Shown here piece after piece: positions 26,184 to 39,680 of a stretch of 64,000 nt of DNA. The position numbers were made by a program, and so were the translations under genes. Location of the stretch: positions 18,540,001-18,604,000 of the forward strand of contig CM052818.1 of NCBI GenBank assembly GCA_028534125.1, given 5' to 3'. Source of the stretch: Lama glama. Lineage: Eukaryota. Position 1 is the stretch's first letter; the number at the start of each line of letters is the position of its first letter. The notes beneath the pieces were generated by a model. That model searched no databases. It saw only the letters and a program-made list of their open reading frames with translations, and was not told the origin of the DNA.

Positions 26184-26683
26184 NNNNNNNNNNNNNNNNN
26201 NNNNNNNNNNNNNNNNNNNNNNNNNNNNNNNNNNNNNNNNNNNNNNNNNNNNNNNNNNNNNNNNNNNNNNNNNNNNNNNNNNNNNNNNNNNNNNNNNNNN
26301 NNNNNNNNNNNNNNNNNNNNNNNNNNNNNNNNNNNNNNNNNNNNNNNNNNNNNNNNNNNNNNNNNNNNNNNNNNNNNNNNNNNNNNNNNNNNNNNNNNNN
26401 NNNNNNNNNNNNNNNNNNNNNNNNNNNNNNNNNNNNNNNNNNNNNNNNNNNNNNNNNNNNNNNNNNNNNNNNNNNNNNNNNNNNNNNNNNNNNNNNNNNN
26501 NNNNNNNNNNNNNNNNNNNNNNNNNNNNNNNNNNNNNNNNNNNNNNNNNNNNNNNNNNNNNNNNNNNNNNNNNNNNNNNNNNNNNNNNNNNNNNNNNNNN
26601 NNNNNNNNNNNNNNNNNNNNNNNNNNNNNNNNNNNNNNNNNNNNNNNNNNNNNNNNNNNNNNNNNNNNNNNNNNNNNNNNNNN
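26184..26683. other. Assembly gap (500 N placeholder) in LHCGR intron 6
   Basis: Exactly 500 N; abuts the poly(A) end of a young minus-strand L1. Confidence 0.95.
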
Positions 26684-26880
26684 AACATTTTTTATTGATT
26701 TATAATCATTTTACAATGTTGTGTCAAATTCCAGTGTTCAGCACAATTTTTCAGTCATTCATGGACATATACACACTCATTGTCACATTTTTTTCTCTGT
26801 GATTTATCATAACATTTTGTGTATATTTCCCTGTGCTATACAGTGTAATCTTGTTTATCTATTCTACAATTTTGAAATCC
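26684..26880 (-). mobile_element. Young lineage-specific L1 3' end (camelid-type, 5'-truncated)
   Basis: 'acattttttattgatttataatcattttacaatgttgtgtcaaattccagtg...tttccctgtgctatacag', related to the L1 tails at 53900-54090 and 60410-60828. Confidence 0.75.
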
Positions 26881-26899
26881 CACATCATCCGTTTTTAAA

Positions 26900-27940
26900 T
26901 ATTTTCTATTTTTTAAATTTTCAACTGACAAATGGAATTACTTTCCATTTGTCTTTCCACAGACAAATGGTAGGAACAGCACTATGAACACTCCTATACA
27001 CTTGAACTAGTTTTACCTACTATTAACAGCCTACCACCACCCTTCACCACCATCTCTATATGTGTCGGTATATACAGCTCAGTTCCTTCTTGCCAAACCA
27101 TCCAAAAGAAGTTTATAGGCATCATGATACTTCATACCTCCATACTTCAGCATGCATCTCCCTAAAACAGAAACTTTCTACATAACTACAACACCATTAA
27201 CCTAAAAAAAATCATGAATTTAATGATATCATCCAACCTACAGTCTATATCCAAGTGAAATTGAGGTCTTTTATAGATTATTTTTTAACTCAGAATTCAA
27301 CCAAAGTTTATACTTTGCATTTTTGCTGTTACGTCCTTTAGTTCTCCCAACCCCACCTCCCAACCCCACCCACTGAGAACTGGCCCCCTGCCTTCCTCTG
27401 TTCTATATGACACTAATTCCTTTGAAGGGCCCAGATCAGTTGTCTGGACTCATCTGACTGTACTGTCATGATTAGATTCAGGTCAACATTTCCACAAGAA
27501 CACTACAAAGGGGAAGTTATATGCATCAAACCAGGAGGCACATCATGCCATGCTGTGCCACTCCTTGGCCATTTGGTTAAGGTGATGACTGCCACACCTC
27601 TTCACTATAAGGGCACATTTTTCGCTTTGTCATAAATAAGTAAACCATGGTGGAATACTTTGAGTTCGTGTGAACCTAGTTGGCCAACGACCTTTCCTCC
27701 AGTAGTTTCCGCATCCGTTCATTATTCAGTTACTACAGAGAGTTCCAAAATGGTAGTTTTAAATGTATCATTCCCTCTACATTTATCAGCCAGCACTCTT
27801 CTGTAAAAATGAGGTTTCCTTTTTTCCCCATTTCCTTTCTTTCTCTCTTGCTGTCTCTCTCTTTTTAAATATCACTATGAAATACAGAGTTTTTAAAAAT
27901 TATATTCAATATATTATACTCCATTGCTGTCATTATTCTT
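26900..27940 (-). mobile_element. Ancient L1 (L1MC-type) 3' region remnant
   Basis: 'catcatgatacttcat...tacttcagcatgcatctccctaaaa...ctacataactacaacaccatt' and 'catgattagattcagg' motifs; boundaries approximate. Confidence 0.6.
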
Positions 27941-29589
27941 TTGGATGCCTGTCACCTCTTTATTATTGCATGTGGTAAGTTGACATGAAATTGGCTGTGG
28001 TGGAGGGAAACATAAAAACTCAGTACTGCTGAAAGGCAAGAGGCATGCTCGTATCAGGGAGAGGGATCTTGGGCTGTAGAGACTGGGAGCCCCACAGCAA
28101 CGGGCGACTTCTAACCAACATCCTAGGGTCATGGCAGCATATGGCAGTGACAGCTACCCGTAAAGAACTGTCTTCAGACATGAGGTATTGTTCAGATACA
28201 AAAGGACCTCAGCAAAGTACTGCATGGAGAAGAAAGTGGTGATTTTAGGATCCCTCTTCTTTGGGATGATGTTGGTAGAGTCATTTGATAAAAATTTGCT
28301 TACAGATATAGTACCACTGGGCGTATTTTCTAAAATAGGATGCTTTCCCCTTCGGTAACAAATGTTACTAGTTCTGCAAGGTCTAACTCAAGTCTCAGCT
28401 CCACCATGCAGCCTCCTCTGACTTCTCCAGCCCAAGAGGACTTCTCCAAGACTTCTCATTTCCATGTACCACACACTCACAGTGACTGTCTAATGACTTG
28501 TGTTATTCTTTCATTCTTTCATGTTTTCACCCAGTGAGATTATGAGTCTCTCAAGAACAAAGATCTTGTACGTCTTTTGTGTCCTCAATAAAGACTTGGG
28601 AAGACCCCAAATCCTAAGGCGAGCAGCACCTCCCCACTCCATGGGCCATTTTTTGAGACCCTGAGAATCTGTAAACCTAAATTAGGCTTTCTTCTTTGAA
28701 ATCATCCAAAAACAACGTGCCTACATGATCCAAGAGGGAACTCTGGCAGAATGTCTAATACTGCTAATATAACCCCAGAAGAGCTTTCAGACCCCCAGGA
28801 ATATTTGGAGTTTGTTATAAGGCAGCATTCAGAATTAGAGTGTCATCTGTGATTAAGTTCTAAAGCCTGAATCTTATTTTGAATAAAAAGGTGCCATTCT
28901 TTCTGTCTGAGTCACAATTGTCTAACATTGAATAGACAATGCTTTAAAGTAACAAACAGCTATTGTAATAGAGGTGAGGGAAAAATTCATTTCTACGCCT
29001 GTGACAGCATCCTCAAGGCAAGGAAGCCCTCTTCATTTAATTATGACACCACAGTGCTTTGGGGAAAAGCCATCTGAAGTGACTCTCCAGATGTTCTGAA
29101 GGGCATTTAAAGCATTGTGCAGGCCCGACAGCAGGAAGTCTCCCACTCACATCTGTAATTTCTCCAAAGTAAGAAAGCCACTCTTTTTAATCAAAACAAG
29201 GCAGCACATTCTATTATGTGTGACTGTTAAGAACAGAGCCGAAGAGCAGCAGCTGAAAAGGAATCAGTAAGCCGCATTCTTTGGAAAGTTGGGACAAGCA
29301 GGACCTAGGTTATTAAAAAAAAAAAAAGACATGAAAAATATCCAAAGGCAGAAATGTCGATGGCGCCAGAATAAACCAAAGGTGGCTGAGAATACCTGAA
29401 AATGGAGTATGTTTGGGGCAGCCCAGGCCTACTGACCTGCTCCACCCAGGAGAAGAAAGGCCCCCACCTCAGTAGAGGAGAATGACAGTTCAGTTAAACA
29501 GGTCACTGCATTTCATGGGCATCCGTCCAAAGCATGGAAAGGGAGATCTTTCCCTCTGTTCTGGCCAGAGAGCTGGAAGCCACTGTTAA

Positions 29590-29850
29590 CCATAATAATA
29601 ATCACAGGAGCAACACATTTAACATTCACTTTGTTCCGGAACCTATTTCTAAGTGTTTAGTGTATATGTACTATTTTAATCCTACAACAAACAGCCTTTT
29701 GAGGGCAAGACTGTTATCATCCCTGTTTTCAGATTAGGGAATTGAGACACAGAGAAGTTAAATAGCTTGCGGAAAGTAACTCAGCTCATAAGTAGAGGAG
29801 CTGGGATTCAAGGCTAGGCAGTTGGACTCAGGACTTGTAGACTTCACCAT
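29590..29850 (-). mobile_element. MIR SINE (near full length)
   Basis: 'atcatccctgttttcagattaggggaattgagacacagagaagttaaatagcttgc...gagctgggattcaaggctaggcag'. Confidence 0.75.
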
Positions 29851-30992
29851 GAGGCTGCAATTAGAGCAATGGCATTGTAAGCCCCACAGAAAAAGTATAA
29901 AATCCTAATATGCACCAAAAGTAGGATCAGGGTATCTCATAACAGTGATGGGGAAAGGGCATCCAGACAAGTACTGGCAGCAGAGTGGGAGCTACTTTTC
30001 CTATACATGTAGTTCCACCACTTAGAAGGTAGAGAAAGCAGTAAGAGGACCAGAATCTGGACTCAGTTCTGCCCAGCAGACCATCTGACTTGCACTGTGG
30101 AAATGATGAGAGCCGCATCATCCTATGATACATGCTAGGGTGAGGGATCCCAAAGTGGCATGCCCGAAGCTCACTGGGAGAGCTTGTCATAACAGTGTAT
30201 ATTCCTCAGTATCACAGCCAGATTCTGCAGTGCATGTGGTTAGTAGGCCTGGGTCTGCGTTTTTGGCCAGCAGCTCCAGAAGATTCTGATTCAGTGGATG
30301 GAGAAGAATGATTTCACAAACACTGGCCTAGACTCTAAGAAATCGACCTTCAAAGAGGTTTAGAGGAAAGACCAGTGTGATTTCTTCATCTAAAAGAGAT
30401 TACTATAAAGGACTGCAAACCTCCCAAATGACAAGAGACTGCCAAAGAATAATATTCTAAGTGTAAAATAAAAAGAGAATTCCAGTGGGAGTGTGCTAAG
30501 AAGGCAAAAATGTTGTATGTAATTCCACAGACAACAGAGATAAACCAAGTGCCTTCCCCTCCAGATTCTACAATATAAACGAGGAAAGTAAACTACTGAA
30601 AAGTGGCGTCCACTAATCTGTCACAGGATACAGTTAAGAGCTCATGTGTGTTGCTGTAAACCCAGAAGAATTACAGAAGGAAGCACAGGAGAACAGGGGC
30701 AGCCAGAGAAGGTTCTTCCTCCACTGGAAGGGCAAGGCCTTGGCTCCCCAGCCTGCGGACTGAGCTCGTGCTAGACAGTAAGCATCGTGAGAGATCCGGA
30801 GCTTTACAAGATGAATTAAATATGCTCCCTGCTCTCTCTGAATTCAGTCTAATAAGGAGACTTAGAAGCTATTTTGTAATCTCTATATTTCCTGAATTTC
30901 AGGGTTCCAGTCTCATGCTTCAACACTGAGTCTCACTTATGTTTCTGTTTACATTGGTTTGTCTCAGGTGTGCATTTATGGAAAGAGATGCC

Positions 30993-30998
<6 letters not shown>

Positions 30999-31023
<25 letters not shown>

Positions 31024-31024
31024 C
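30999..31024. repeat. (AC)13 microsatellite with degenerate CA-rich extension
   Basis: Direct reading. Confidence 0.9.
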
Positions 31025-32607
31025 ATACTACATACACACATATTACACACATAGACATATGACGAAATTTAATCCCCTGCTTGTTCTATTTAACAAAGGC
31101 TACAGAACCCGTGTGGACAGCAGCCACATGGAGGAGGAGCAGGTGGAGACAGTGTCTAAACTGCTTCTCAAGTCACAGCCCCCAGCCTGTTCCTGACACG
31201 GCCATGCAGCTGTCAGCAACCCTGTAAAGGGAAGCCAGCATCTTGGCAGATGTAGAAGCTTAATTTTATATCATACCACAGCCCATTCTCACCTGAGTCT
31301 TGTATCATTGTTCATGCAGAACTTACAGAAATATTTCTATTTGAGACAGTAGCTTTCAAATTTGCTTGACCATGATTTACAGTAAGAAATTCATTTTATA
31401 TATAATATATATATATATCTCAATTTGTTCATGTTATTCATTTAAAACAGATTTATTATAATCCTCCCAGGTGTCAGGCAGTATTCTAGATGCAGAGGAT
31501 TTTGTAATGAACAGAACGGTTTGAAATCCTTGCTCTCATGAAGTGTCCATTCTGCTGGGGGAGGTAGACAATATACGGTTCAGATGGTGATAAAGGAAAT
31601 CAGAGGACAGAGACAGAGAATGCGGAATGCTGGGATGGTAGATTAAATAGGGCAGCCAGGAAAGGCCACACCGAGAACATGACATTGAACATAACTCTAC
31701 AGGGGGAGGAAGAGGGGCCATGTGGATATGGCAGGGCAGAAAAGTAAAACCAAGCAGCAAAACTGATGTGCTAGAAACAGCCCCAGACGAAGAGTGCTCT
31801 GGTCTCACTTCTGCCTGCTGGGGACTTTAGACAAGTCACTTTCTTCTCTGAGCCTATTTCCTTCTTTGCAAAATGAAGGGGTGCCACTTGAGCCTCTCCA
31901 AGCTCTTTTCTGGCTCTAACATCTCCCAGCATCTGTGTTCTAAGGAGTGTCTTATGACTTATTCTGGACAGACATATATGTATATACACTCACATGTATA
32001 TAACATACAAAAATGGTGGAACAAAACTTCATAAACAGTACTAGCCTGACTACCTGCAACATACTCTAATATTTTCCATTTTGCTCTATTCTGTTTCATC
32101 TCGTTTTTTTTTTTAAATTGCTGACTGTATCCAACTAAATTGATTTGACTATCCACATAATGGATCTTGAATAACTGTTTACAGACATTGGAATCTTCTT
32201 GGTTGTGGAACAAAACATGACATCAGCACAACCACATATTCATCCAAGCAAAAGAAATGCTACCTCAGTACTGGAGCCTTCCTCCGCCCTCAGCTTTCAG
32301 CAATGCGGGGAGCCCGTCCACCCACACAGGCCTGTGGAACCAGAGGCAAGACTTGAGCATTACCCTCAAATTCCGGTTCTACCGGTCTTCTTTGACCTCA
32401 AGCAAGCTACACAACCACACTAAGGCTTAGGTATAATGGAAATGAAGGTGAAGATTAAATCATAAAATATATGTAGGATGGCTGATCAACATCTGGCACT
32501 TAACAAACACTTAACGAATCAGCGGCGGTCCTGGCAGTGGCGGTGCAAGCAAACTACAGCTAGAAAACAGTCTCATCTTACCAGGCCCTTGGAATCTAAA
32601 ATGTTAG

Positions 32608-32787
<180 letters not shown>

Positions 32788-33599
32788 TAAGTATGTGTTT
32801 CTTTCCCCAGCTCATGAATAAAAATGAAATATTACTCTGGCTACCAGATCACATTCAATCTTCAGCAACTAACTTAGGACAAAAATAAACTTTCAAGTGG
32901 CTGGTCCTCAGCGTTTCATGCATGTTACTAGGCAACTGGCTGGCTGGAAACCCCAGAGCACCCTGATTTCAAAGACAGATGCAGCCTAGATACATTGAAG
33001 TTGACAGTTTGCTGAAATATTCAACACCCTACTTTAGGCTCCTTCATCTCACAGCCTCCCTCTCTAGTCCCCGTGCTCAGGTCGATGGTGTGTTAGAGGC
33101 AGCACAATTTCAGGAAACAATTCTTTCTCCTGGCCCCAGTGCAGAGAAATTGGGTAATGCCATTTACTAGCCTAATCAGCCTCAGTGGGCCCACATAAAA
33201 TCCTGTCTCCCTGCTGCTGGAGAGGGTGCTAGGGAGGATGGGTAAGGGGTTCACTTTCCACAAGGTGAGAGAGCTTTGCATTTTCACCAGTCCCTACCCT
33301 AGCCCCAAGTGTTAATAGCCTTCCACCCTAGGAAAGCATCCCTACTGTCTCCTTCATGGTTCTCAACCTCTCTTTGTTTCCATGGCTCCTTTTCTAAAAC
33401 AGTGGCTCATTCACAAAGCTTGCAGGGCTGTGGCTGTTGGAATCATAAGGGGTACAGGTAAGGTGATGGTCATCCTACAGTTGTGCCGAATAAAAACTAA
33501 GAGCAGGTAGAAGGCTCAACTAAAGCCAGAGTTAAGGAAAACAAACAAATGAAAAGGCTTTTGAAGTAAATAAGTCATATGTATGAACCAGGGCCTACA

Positions 33600-33760
33600 G
33601 CAGTGCTTCTTTAACACTCATAATAATAACACAGAGATTGTTAAAACACAGAGTCCCGGGCCCCACCACCAAACATTGTAATTCAGTAGGTCTAGGGGAG
33701 GGCCTGAGAATTTGAAATCTAACAAGCTCCCAGGAGATGCCGATGCTGCCAGTCTGAAGT
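33600..33760. mobile_element. MER5A-like fossil
   Basis: 'ttgttaaaacacaga...gggccccacc...attcagtaggtctaggggagggcctgagaatttg...tctaacaagctcccaggagatgccgatgctgc'. Confidence 0.75.
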
Positions 33761-33859
33761 TGAACAGCTAAGTCTATACAATATACTATTCATTTTACCT
33801 GTAGATACTAACCATAGCTCCTGTTATATTGATACCATATTATATAGCGTGGAGGCTTA

Positions 33860-34090
33860 GAGAACAGCTCTAACAGTCACTAACTGGGACCCAAACTCCA
33901 ATCCCACGATTTATTGACTTGACCTTGAGTAAGTTACTTAACCTGTCTAGGCCACAGTGTTTCCATCCATAAAATGGAGCCACTAATAGGCTTGTGTTGA
34001 CGATCCCCCCACCAAATGCAATGGTATGTTTTCTGTCCTCAGTATTTAGCATACTGCCTGGCATAGAATAGGTGCCAATTATTAATTATT
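33860..34090 (+). mobile_element. MIR SINE
   Basis: 'tgaccttgagtaagttacttaacctgtct...tttccatccataaaatgg...cctggcatagaataggtgc'. Confidence 0.65.
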
Positions 34091-35289
34091 TATCCTATTA
34101 CCTAGTTAAGTCATCATGAATGAATGAATAATTAAATAAGGCTTGATTTTTATCCACTTAGCACAGGTCTGACACATACTAAGTGCTCAAGAAATGATAG
34201 CTTTTTAACAACTTGTCCTTCATGGAGTGGATTTTCCCTCATTTTCTTGACTTGAATGTAAGGCAGGGCTCACTCTGTCCAATTGAATCTGTTCCTGCCA
34301 AATTAAAACCAGAGGCTTATCCTCTCCCGGCCCAGTACTCTCAGATGCCTCATTCTGTTATTCACTCAACAAGGTTTGCCAGGCCTAAGCTGTGTTTGAA
34401 GGAACATGCTATCTTTTGAGGAGAAATGAAGATGAATAAGTCCTGGTGTTTGCCCTGCAGAAGCTTACAGCCTAGGAAGAAACATCTCCATATGGTAGAT
34501 AAACTATACACTCAATAGTTGCTGAAACAGAAGGCAAAGCATGATGTCCGCTGTGAGAGAGATAAAGTCCTCTAGGATTTCAAAGGCAGACGAGAAGGAA
34601 ATTAGAGAAGCCTCATGAGAGAGATAGGCTTTGAGCTGGGCCTAACTTGGACAAGCAAAAGATGGAAGGAAAATGCATTCCAGGCAGAGGACAAGAACAG
34701 CCCAGAGGAGGAACCAGGAGATGTGTTCACAGACCAGCAAATAGTACATTGTAAAAAGTTTTAGATGTGGATTAGGGACAAAGCAGGAAGAATTTGATGC
34801 TAGAGTAAAGAATTTGGAACTCCCCTGTAGAGAATGAGCTGTTAGTTCTGGATTGGAAATGTGAGAGGGGTGCTTAAAGAAGGTTGGTTCATGGGTTAAC
34901 AGGGAGGACAGAGGGTCAGAAGCGGCAGTCAGAGATAGATGCGTGGAAGTCAGAATTATGTGAAGAGAGGGGCAGCTGAAGTCCTTTGTGGCTGACATCA
35001 CGTGGACAAGGAGGAAAAATAAGAGGACTAAATATAAAATTGGGGGGAAATAAGACACAAGACAAAGAAGCCAGAGCAGAAGCAGAGGTGAGGGGATGAG
35101 CAGCATAGTACATCTTTGGGAGGTCAGTGAAAGCAGGGCAGAAGGAGGGAGGTCCTCAGTCAGCAGGGTCCCAACTGCCTTAGAGACACCAAAATGGATG
35201 ATGTAGACTTAGAAAAGTCCCATTAGTCAAGATTCTGTATTCTCCACCCCTCATTGTTGCAAGAAAGAGGAAACCAAGAACACAAATCA

Positions 35290-35830
35290 GTTTCATTCAT
35301 TTATTCATTCAACAAACATTTATTGAGCATCCCCAACATATCAGGCACTGTATTAAGTGCAGGGTCTGCAATGATACAGTGGAAACAGTCCCTGCCCTCG
35401 TGAAGTTTCCATTCTAGCAGATGAGACAGACAAAAAGAAAAGTACAGGTAGTAAGACATACTAGGAAGGAAATAACCCATCAATGAGGTCTGAGAGTACA
35501 GGGGGTGACTGACTCTAGGTCAGGTGCTCAGGAACGTCATCACTAAGGGTATGATGTTAGGCTGAGCCTAGAAGACGACAAGGAGTCGGCACCGGCAATC
35601 ACGAGAGAAAGCGCATTACAGGAAGAGGGAGCAGCATGTGCGAAGGACCAGAATTGGGAAAGAAAAGAAGTCATTAAGCTCCAGGAATTGAGACGAGGCC
35701 AGAGGAAGACTGGATGATGTAGCAGGAGCAAGTTGAGCAGGACAGAGTTCTGAACTGGGAAGGAGTCTGAATTCTCTTTTTCGGGCAGTAAGACCCTCTG
35801 AAGGGTCTGAGCAGGGCAGGCAGATTAGTT
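35290..35830 (-). mobile_element. L2 LINE 3' remnant
   Basis: 'ttcattcatttattcattcaacaaacatttattgagca...caggcactgtattaagtgc' is the reverse of the L2 3' end; approximate. Confidence 0.7.
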
Positions 35831-37692
35831 TCAAAACTGTTAAGAAGTATTTTCAAACTATACAGTCCAGTCCTGTTTCTGACACCTTCCTGATACAAGC
35901 TGTTCAGAACAATGACACCAAAGCCCTACAAAGTCCTCAAATACACTACTTACTAAGGCAGGATAGGGTGGTTACCCTCAGACACCTCCAGGGAGTCTGA
36001 GAGTCCGTCCCTACCATTCCCAGCCTTGGCTGGAGTTTGGGGATTCTCCCACTGCACTTCAAAGGCCATCCTGCCTTTGCATCTCATACCTAGAAGGCCA
36101 TGTCCCTTGAGAAATATCTGAAAAGCGACCCCCAGAAAAGTGTGGTAGATTAATCTGAGCTATTTTTGACCAAGTTACATAATGCAGAGTTATCATTATA
36201 CAGAAAGATCCGAGTTTTAATAAAACATGTGAATTGCTGTCATAAAATTTGAACAATTAATTTGACCTGGCTGACATGAGGATTATTTGCCCACAGAACC
36301 TGGTTTTAATGATTTATGACCATAACTGAACATAATTAAAATTAACCAAATCAGGAAGAAGAGCCATGGAGGTTTGGGAAGGAATTTTCTTTTGATTCAG
36401 ATTTTCAATAGCAATTGACTCTGAGAACCTCATGTCTTTGAAAGTGGAAATACACCCAGGGGATGGGATGATGTGAGACTGACGGGTGCATTGTGATGAA
36501 AGGGCTGAGGCTTCCCAAGGAAAACGCTTAGCATGTGGAAAACAGCCACCAAGGGACTAAGATTAGGGATCTTGGCAGTTTTTAAATGGCAGGCGTGATG
36601 TGGAGACTTGCAGAAAAAAGACGATGAGGAAGATGTAAAGCCATGAGATGAGCCAGGTAATTACCAAGGATCCTGCCAGGGATAGGGGAGCGGGTGCAGG
36701 TGGTTTTACTCTGCATGTGGTGGTGCAGAAGAATCATGTCGCACGGTGGGTGTCCACTGTGCCCACTGTCCAGGCTTTTCCTGGACAGGGTTTTCTTTGA
36801 GATGTTGCCCTTCCCTTGTAGGAAGAAAGTGATCAACAGTAAGCTGGCAAGTCTGAGCCCAGGGACTCCTCTCCCAGCTCCCTTGTCCACCCAGAGAAAG
36901 GCCTGTGCTTGGAGACACCAGTGCCAGGACCCAGACACTGCTCAACAGGGCCAGGCTGAGCTGGTCCTGAGCAGTTCACCCTAAGCTGTCTTGAATTAAA
37001 GGGAACAGAAGCTGCCATAGCAGCTTTTGGCTTCCACAGCCTTAAGATCAGTGGCTGGCCCTCTACCTTTTTGTTTCTACGACATGCACACCTGGTGATG
37101 ATCAAGCACATGGCACAGACCTGTGGGGCACCCGGGTTCTGGGGCAGGTTTCTATACAGGATGTCCTTCCTCCCCTGCTGAAAGAAAGAGTCCCATTAAG
37201 GATGAAAGAGACAGCTTTGAATGGACCCTACTTTTCTTTTTAAGAAAAGAATTTCCAAACTTCAGTGTATTACTATTAACAAACACTGAGATCACCAAGG
37301 TCACAGAGGCTGAGAGCCTGACACCGAGCGGGCTGCACTTCCACCCTTCAGCCTTGAACACTGGAGCAGCATTTTCTTTCCCACCCAGCTGCCCGGTAGT
37401 AAACGTGCAAAACTCCATGATGGGAGTGGGAAGGACTTTCCCTTGTAGGACAGAGCGTTCCACTGAGTGAGGCTAAAATTGCAGAGAAAAGGTGGAGCCA
37501 AACACACCAGAGATTTCACAGTTTTACCAAGGACAAGAAATGCCTTTTCTGCATTTTACCCACAGCCTCCCACCTTGTCCCCTCAATCCCTGAGCGCCAT
37601 GCACATGAGCTGCTCCAAAAGTGTACGTGCACAGCTATAGTTGTTGACTCATGAGCTGCAAACTCCACTAAGGACACTGTCCTTCCCCACAG

Positions 37693-37767
37693 GGAGCTGA
37701 AGGAAAATGCACACCTGGAGAAGATGCATAATGAAGCCTTCCGGGGGGCCACAGGGCCTAGCATCTT
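37693..37767 (+). CDS. LHCGR: LHCGR exon 8 (75 nt; [24 protein letters not shown])
   Basis: ccttccccaCAG acceptor, GTGAGT donor, in frame. Confidence 0.97.
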
Positions 37768-37894
37768 GTGAGTACAGGGGTGCTGCCTCTCCTCCCCGCC
37801 TCCCTGCCCAGAGCGCCCCAACAGCCCTGCTTAGGGTTTCCAGCCACATCGTCCCCAGTCTGGTTTGTGGGGAATTAGCCTCTGCATGTGAAAG

Positions 37895-38276
37895 GGTTAC
37901 CCACCACCAAATGGGGGGGATGGGGGGGGCGGGGACAGCAAATTTATTGTCTCGTAGTTCCAGAGGCTAGAAGTCTGAAATAAGGGCATCGGCAAGGTTG
38001 GTCCCTTCTGAGGGCTGTGAGGGATGTATCCGTTCCAGGCCTTGCTCGTTGCTCCTGGTTGTGGCAGCACAACTCCAGTCCTCACATGGCATTCTGTGTG
38101 TGTGTCTGTCCATCTCCAAATTTCCTCCTTTTTATAAGGATACAGGTCCATCCCAATGATCTCATTTTAACTTGATTACTCTGTAAAGATCCTGTTTCCA
38201 AATAAAGTCACATTTTGTGGTAGTAGGGGTTAGGACTTCAACGTACGAATTTTGGGGAGACATGGTTCAACCAGCA
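37895..38276 (-). mobile_element. MLT1 (ERVL-MaLR) solo LTR
   Basis: 'aaatttattgtctcgtagttccagaggctagaagtctgaaat...tttccaaataaagtcacatt...ggggttaggacttcaacgtacgaattttgggg' is the reverse of an MLT1-type LTR. Confidence 0.85.
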
Positions 38277-39429
38277 TCAAACATGGAGGGCCCCCTCACG
38301 TGCTGGCAGGGTGGGTGGGTGTCCCCCCCGGCACCTACTCGTGGGTACAGCTGTGTGTGGTGCTATGGTCAGGCTCACTGAGGGTGAAAGAAGCGGGGCC
38401 ACGTTCCCTCAGTTAAGGGGAGTTTTGTGTAAGGACACGTGGGAAAATTAAGACGGACAGGAAATGGAATCAGTGGTTTCCTCACAACGCCTTGGGAAGC
38501 CGGAAACATCCTCCAGGAAACAACCACAGCTGCAGTCAGGCTTCAGGGGGAAATGGGACAGGGCTCCAGACACTCCACAGCCCCAGCCTCGTCGCCCTCT
38601 CCACAGAGGTGCTGGCCCATCCCTCCCTGCTCTGCTGCACTAGTACTAGTGCCCTCAGCCAGCACTGACTGAACAGGCCTGCTGACCAGGCCCCAAGTTG
38701 GAGAGACCGGTCCCCGCCCATAAAGAGATAACAATCACGTAGGGGAAACAACACTAATCAGGAAAGTAATCCACAGGCATGTGATTTGTAAGTGAGAAAA
38801 GTACTAGAAAGATGGTGAGCAGTGTTGCCCAGTTCATTTGTTGGTTTACTCACTCTTTCATTGATTTGTCCAATAACTGTAAGTCCACACTATGTGGCAG
38901 GCACTGGATCAGGCATCAGAGAAACAGCAGAGAGTAAGAGAAGACAAATGCCCGTGCCTTCGCAGTGTCAGGGAGACAGACCAGGATCAAAGGAGTGAAG
39001 AAAACATGCAGAAGGCCAGATGGTGCTGGCCGTGCGGGAGGAAAACGCAGGTGGCTGGGCAAACAGGGTTCTAGGGAGGGGGCGTTACCACTTCGAGGAG
39101 ATGGTCAGGGAAGACTGTCCTGGAAAAGTGTTATTTAGGCAAATACCTGAAAGGAGTGAGGGAGCGAGTTACATGTATCAGCAGAAAGAGCATTCCGGGT
39201 GGAGGGAACTGAGTGGGAACTTGCCGTGTTGGCAGAACAAAAAGGAGGCCAGTATGGCAGAGTGAGCCAAGATGAGGGCCCTAGAACAGAAGGACACAGG
39301 GGGGCCAGAGGCAGGTCAGGAGGCCTCGTGGCTACTGTAAGGACATCACCTGTTCTCTGAGCAAAAGGAGGAGGCTTTAGCGCTTTGATCAGGGGAAAGA
39401 ATGAACTGACCCACTCTTTATGTCTTCAC

Positions 39430-39680
39430 TCCTGCGAGTATCAACTCACGATTCTGTCTACTTTCTATCTCCCACCATTATAAACCCCAAAGTCTGTCTA
39501 CTTCCTGCCTCTGCCCCATCAACTCCTGACTTCGTCTACTTCCGAGCTCCTGTCACCATCCATTCTGATTCTGTCTACTCATTCCCTGCCGCCATCAACC
39601 CGGCCGCTCAAACTCCTGACCCTCTCCACTTTCTAACTCCTGTCCTTATCAACTCTAACTCTTCTCTCGTCTCCACTCAG
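39430..39680. repeat. Degenerate ~39-bp minisatellite (5-6 units) in LHCGR intron 8
   Basis: Core GTCTACT at 39456, 39496, 39534 and 39573 (spacing 40/38/39), each preceded by an ATCAAC-like motif; variant CTCCACT at 39624 and 39671. Confidence 0.75.

Noticed and set aside
26047..26705. ORFs across the second gap
   Set aside because: Same N-run artefact.
34642..35106. 154-aa hydrophobic minus-strand ORF
   Set aside because: Low-complexity translation of purine-rich, L2-like degenerate sequence; no recognisable domain or splice context.
37295..37303. NR5A1/SF-1 motif CCAAGGTCA (also CAAGGTCA at 56223 and in MIRs near 19806 and 25083)
   Set aside because: Short motifs are expected by chance in 64 kb and are part of the MIR consensus; no conservation or chromatin evidence is available.
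39430..39680. Repeat-spacer-like periodicity (CRISPR-like)
   Set aside because: Mammalian intron; units are degenerate throughout with no unique spacers and no cas genes, so it is a minisatellite.
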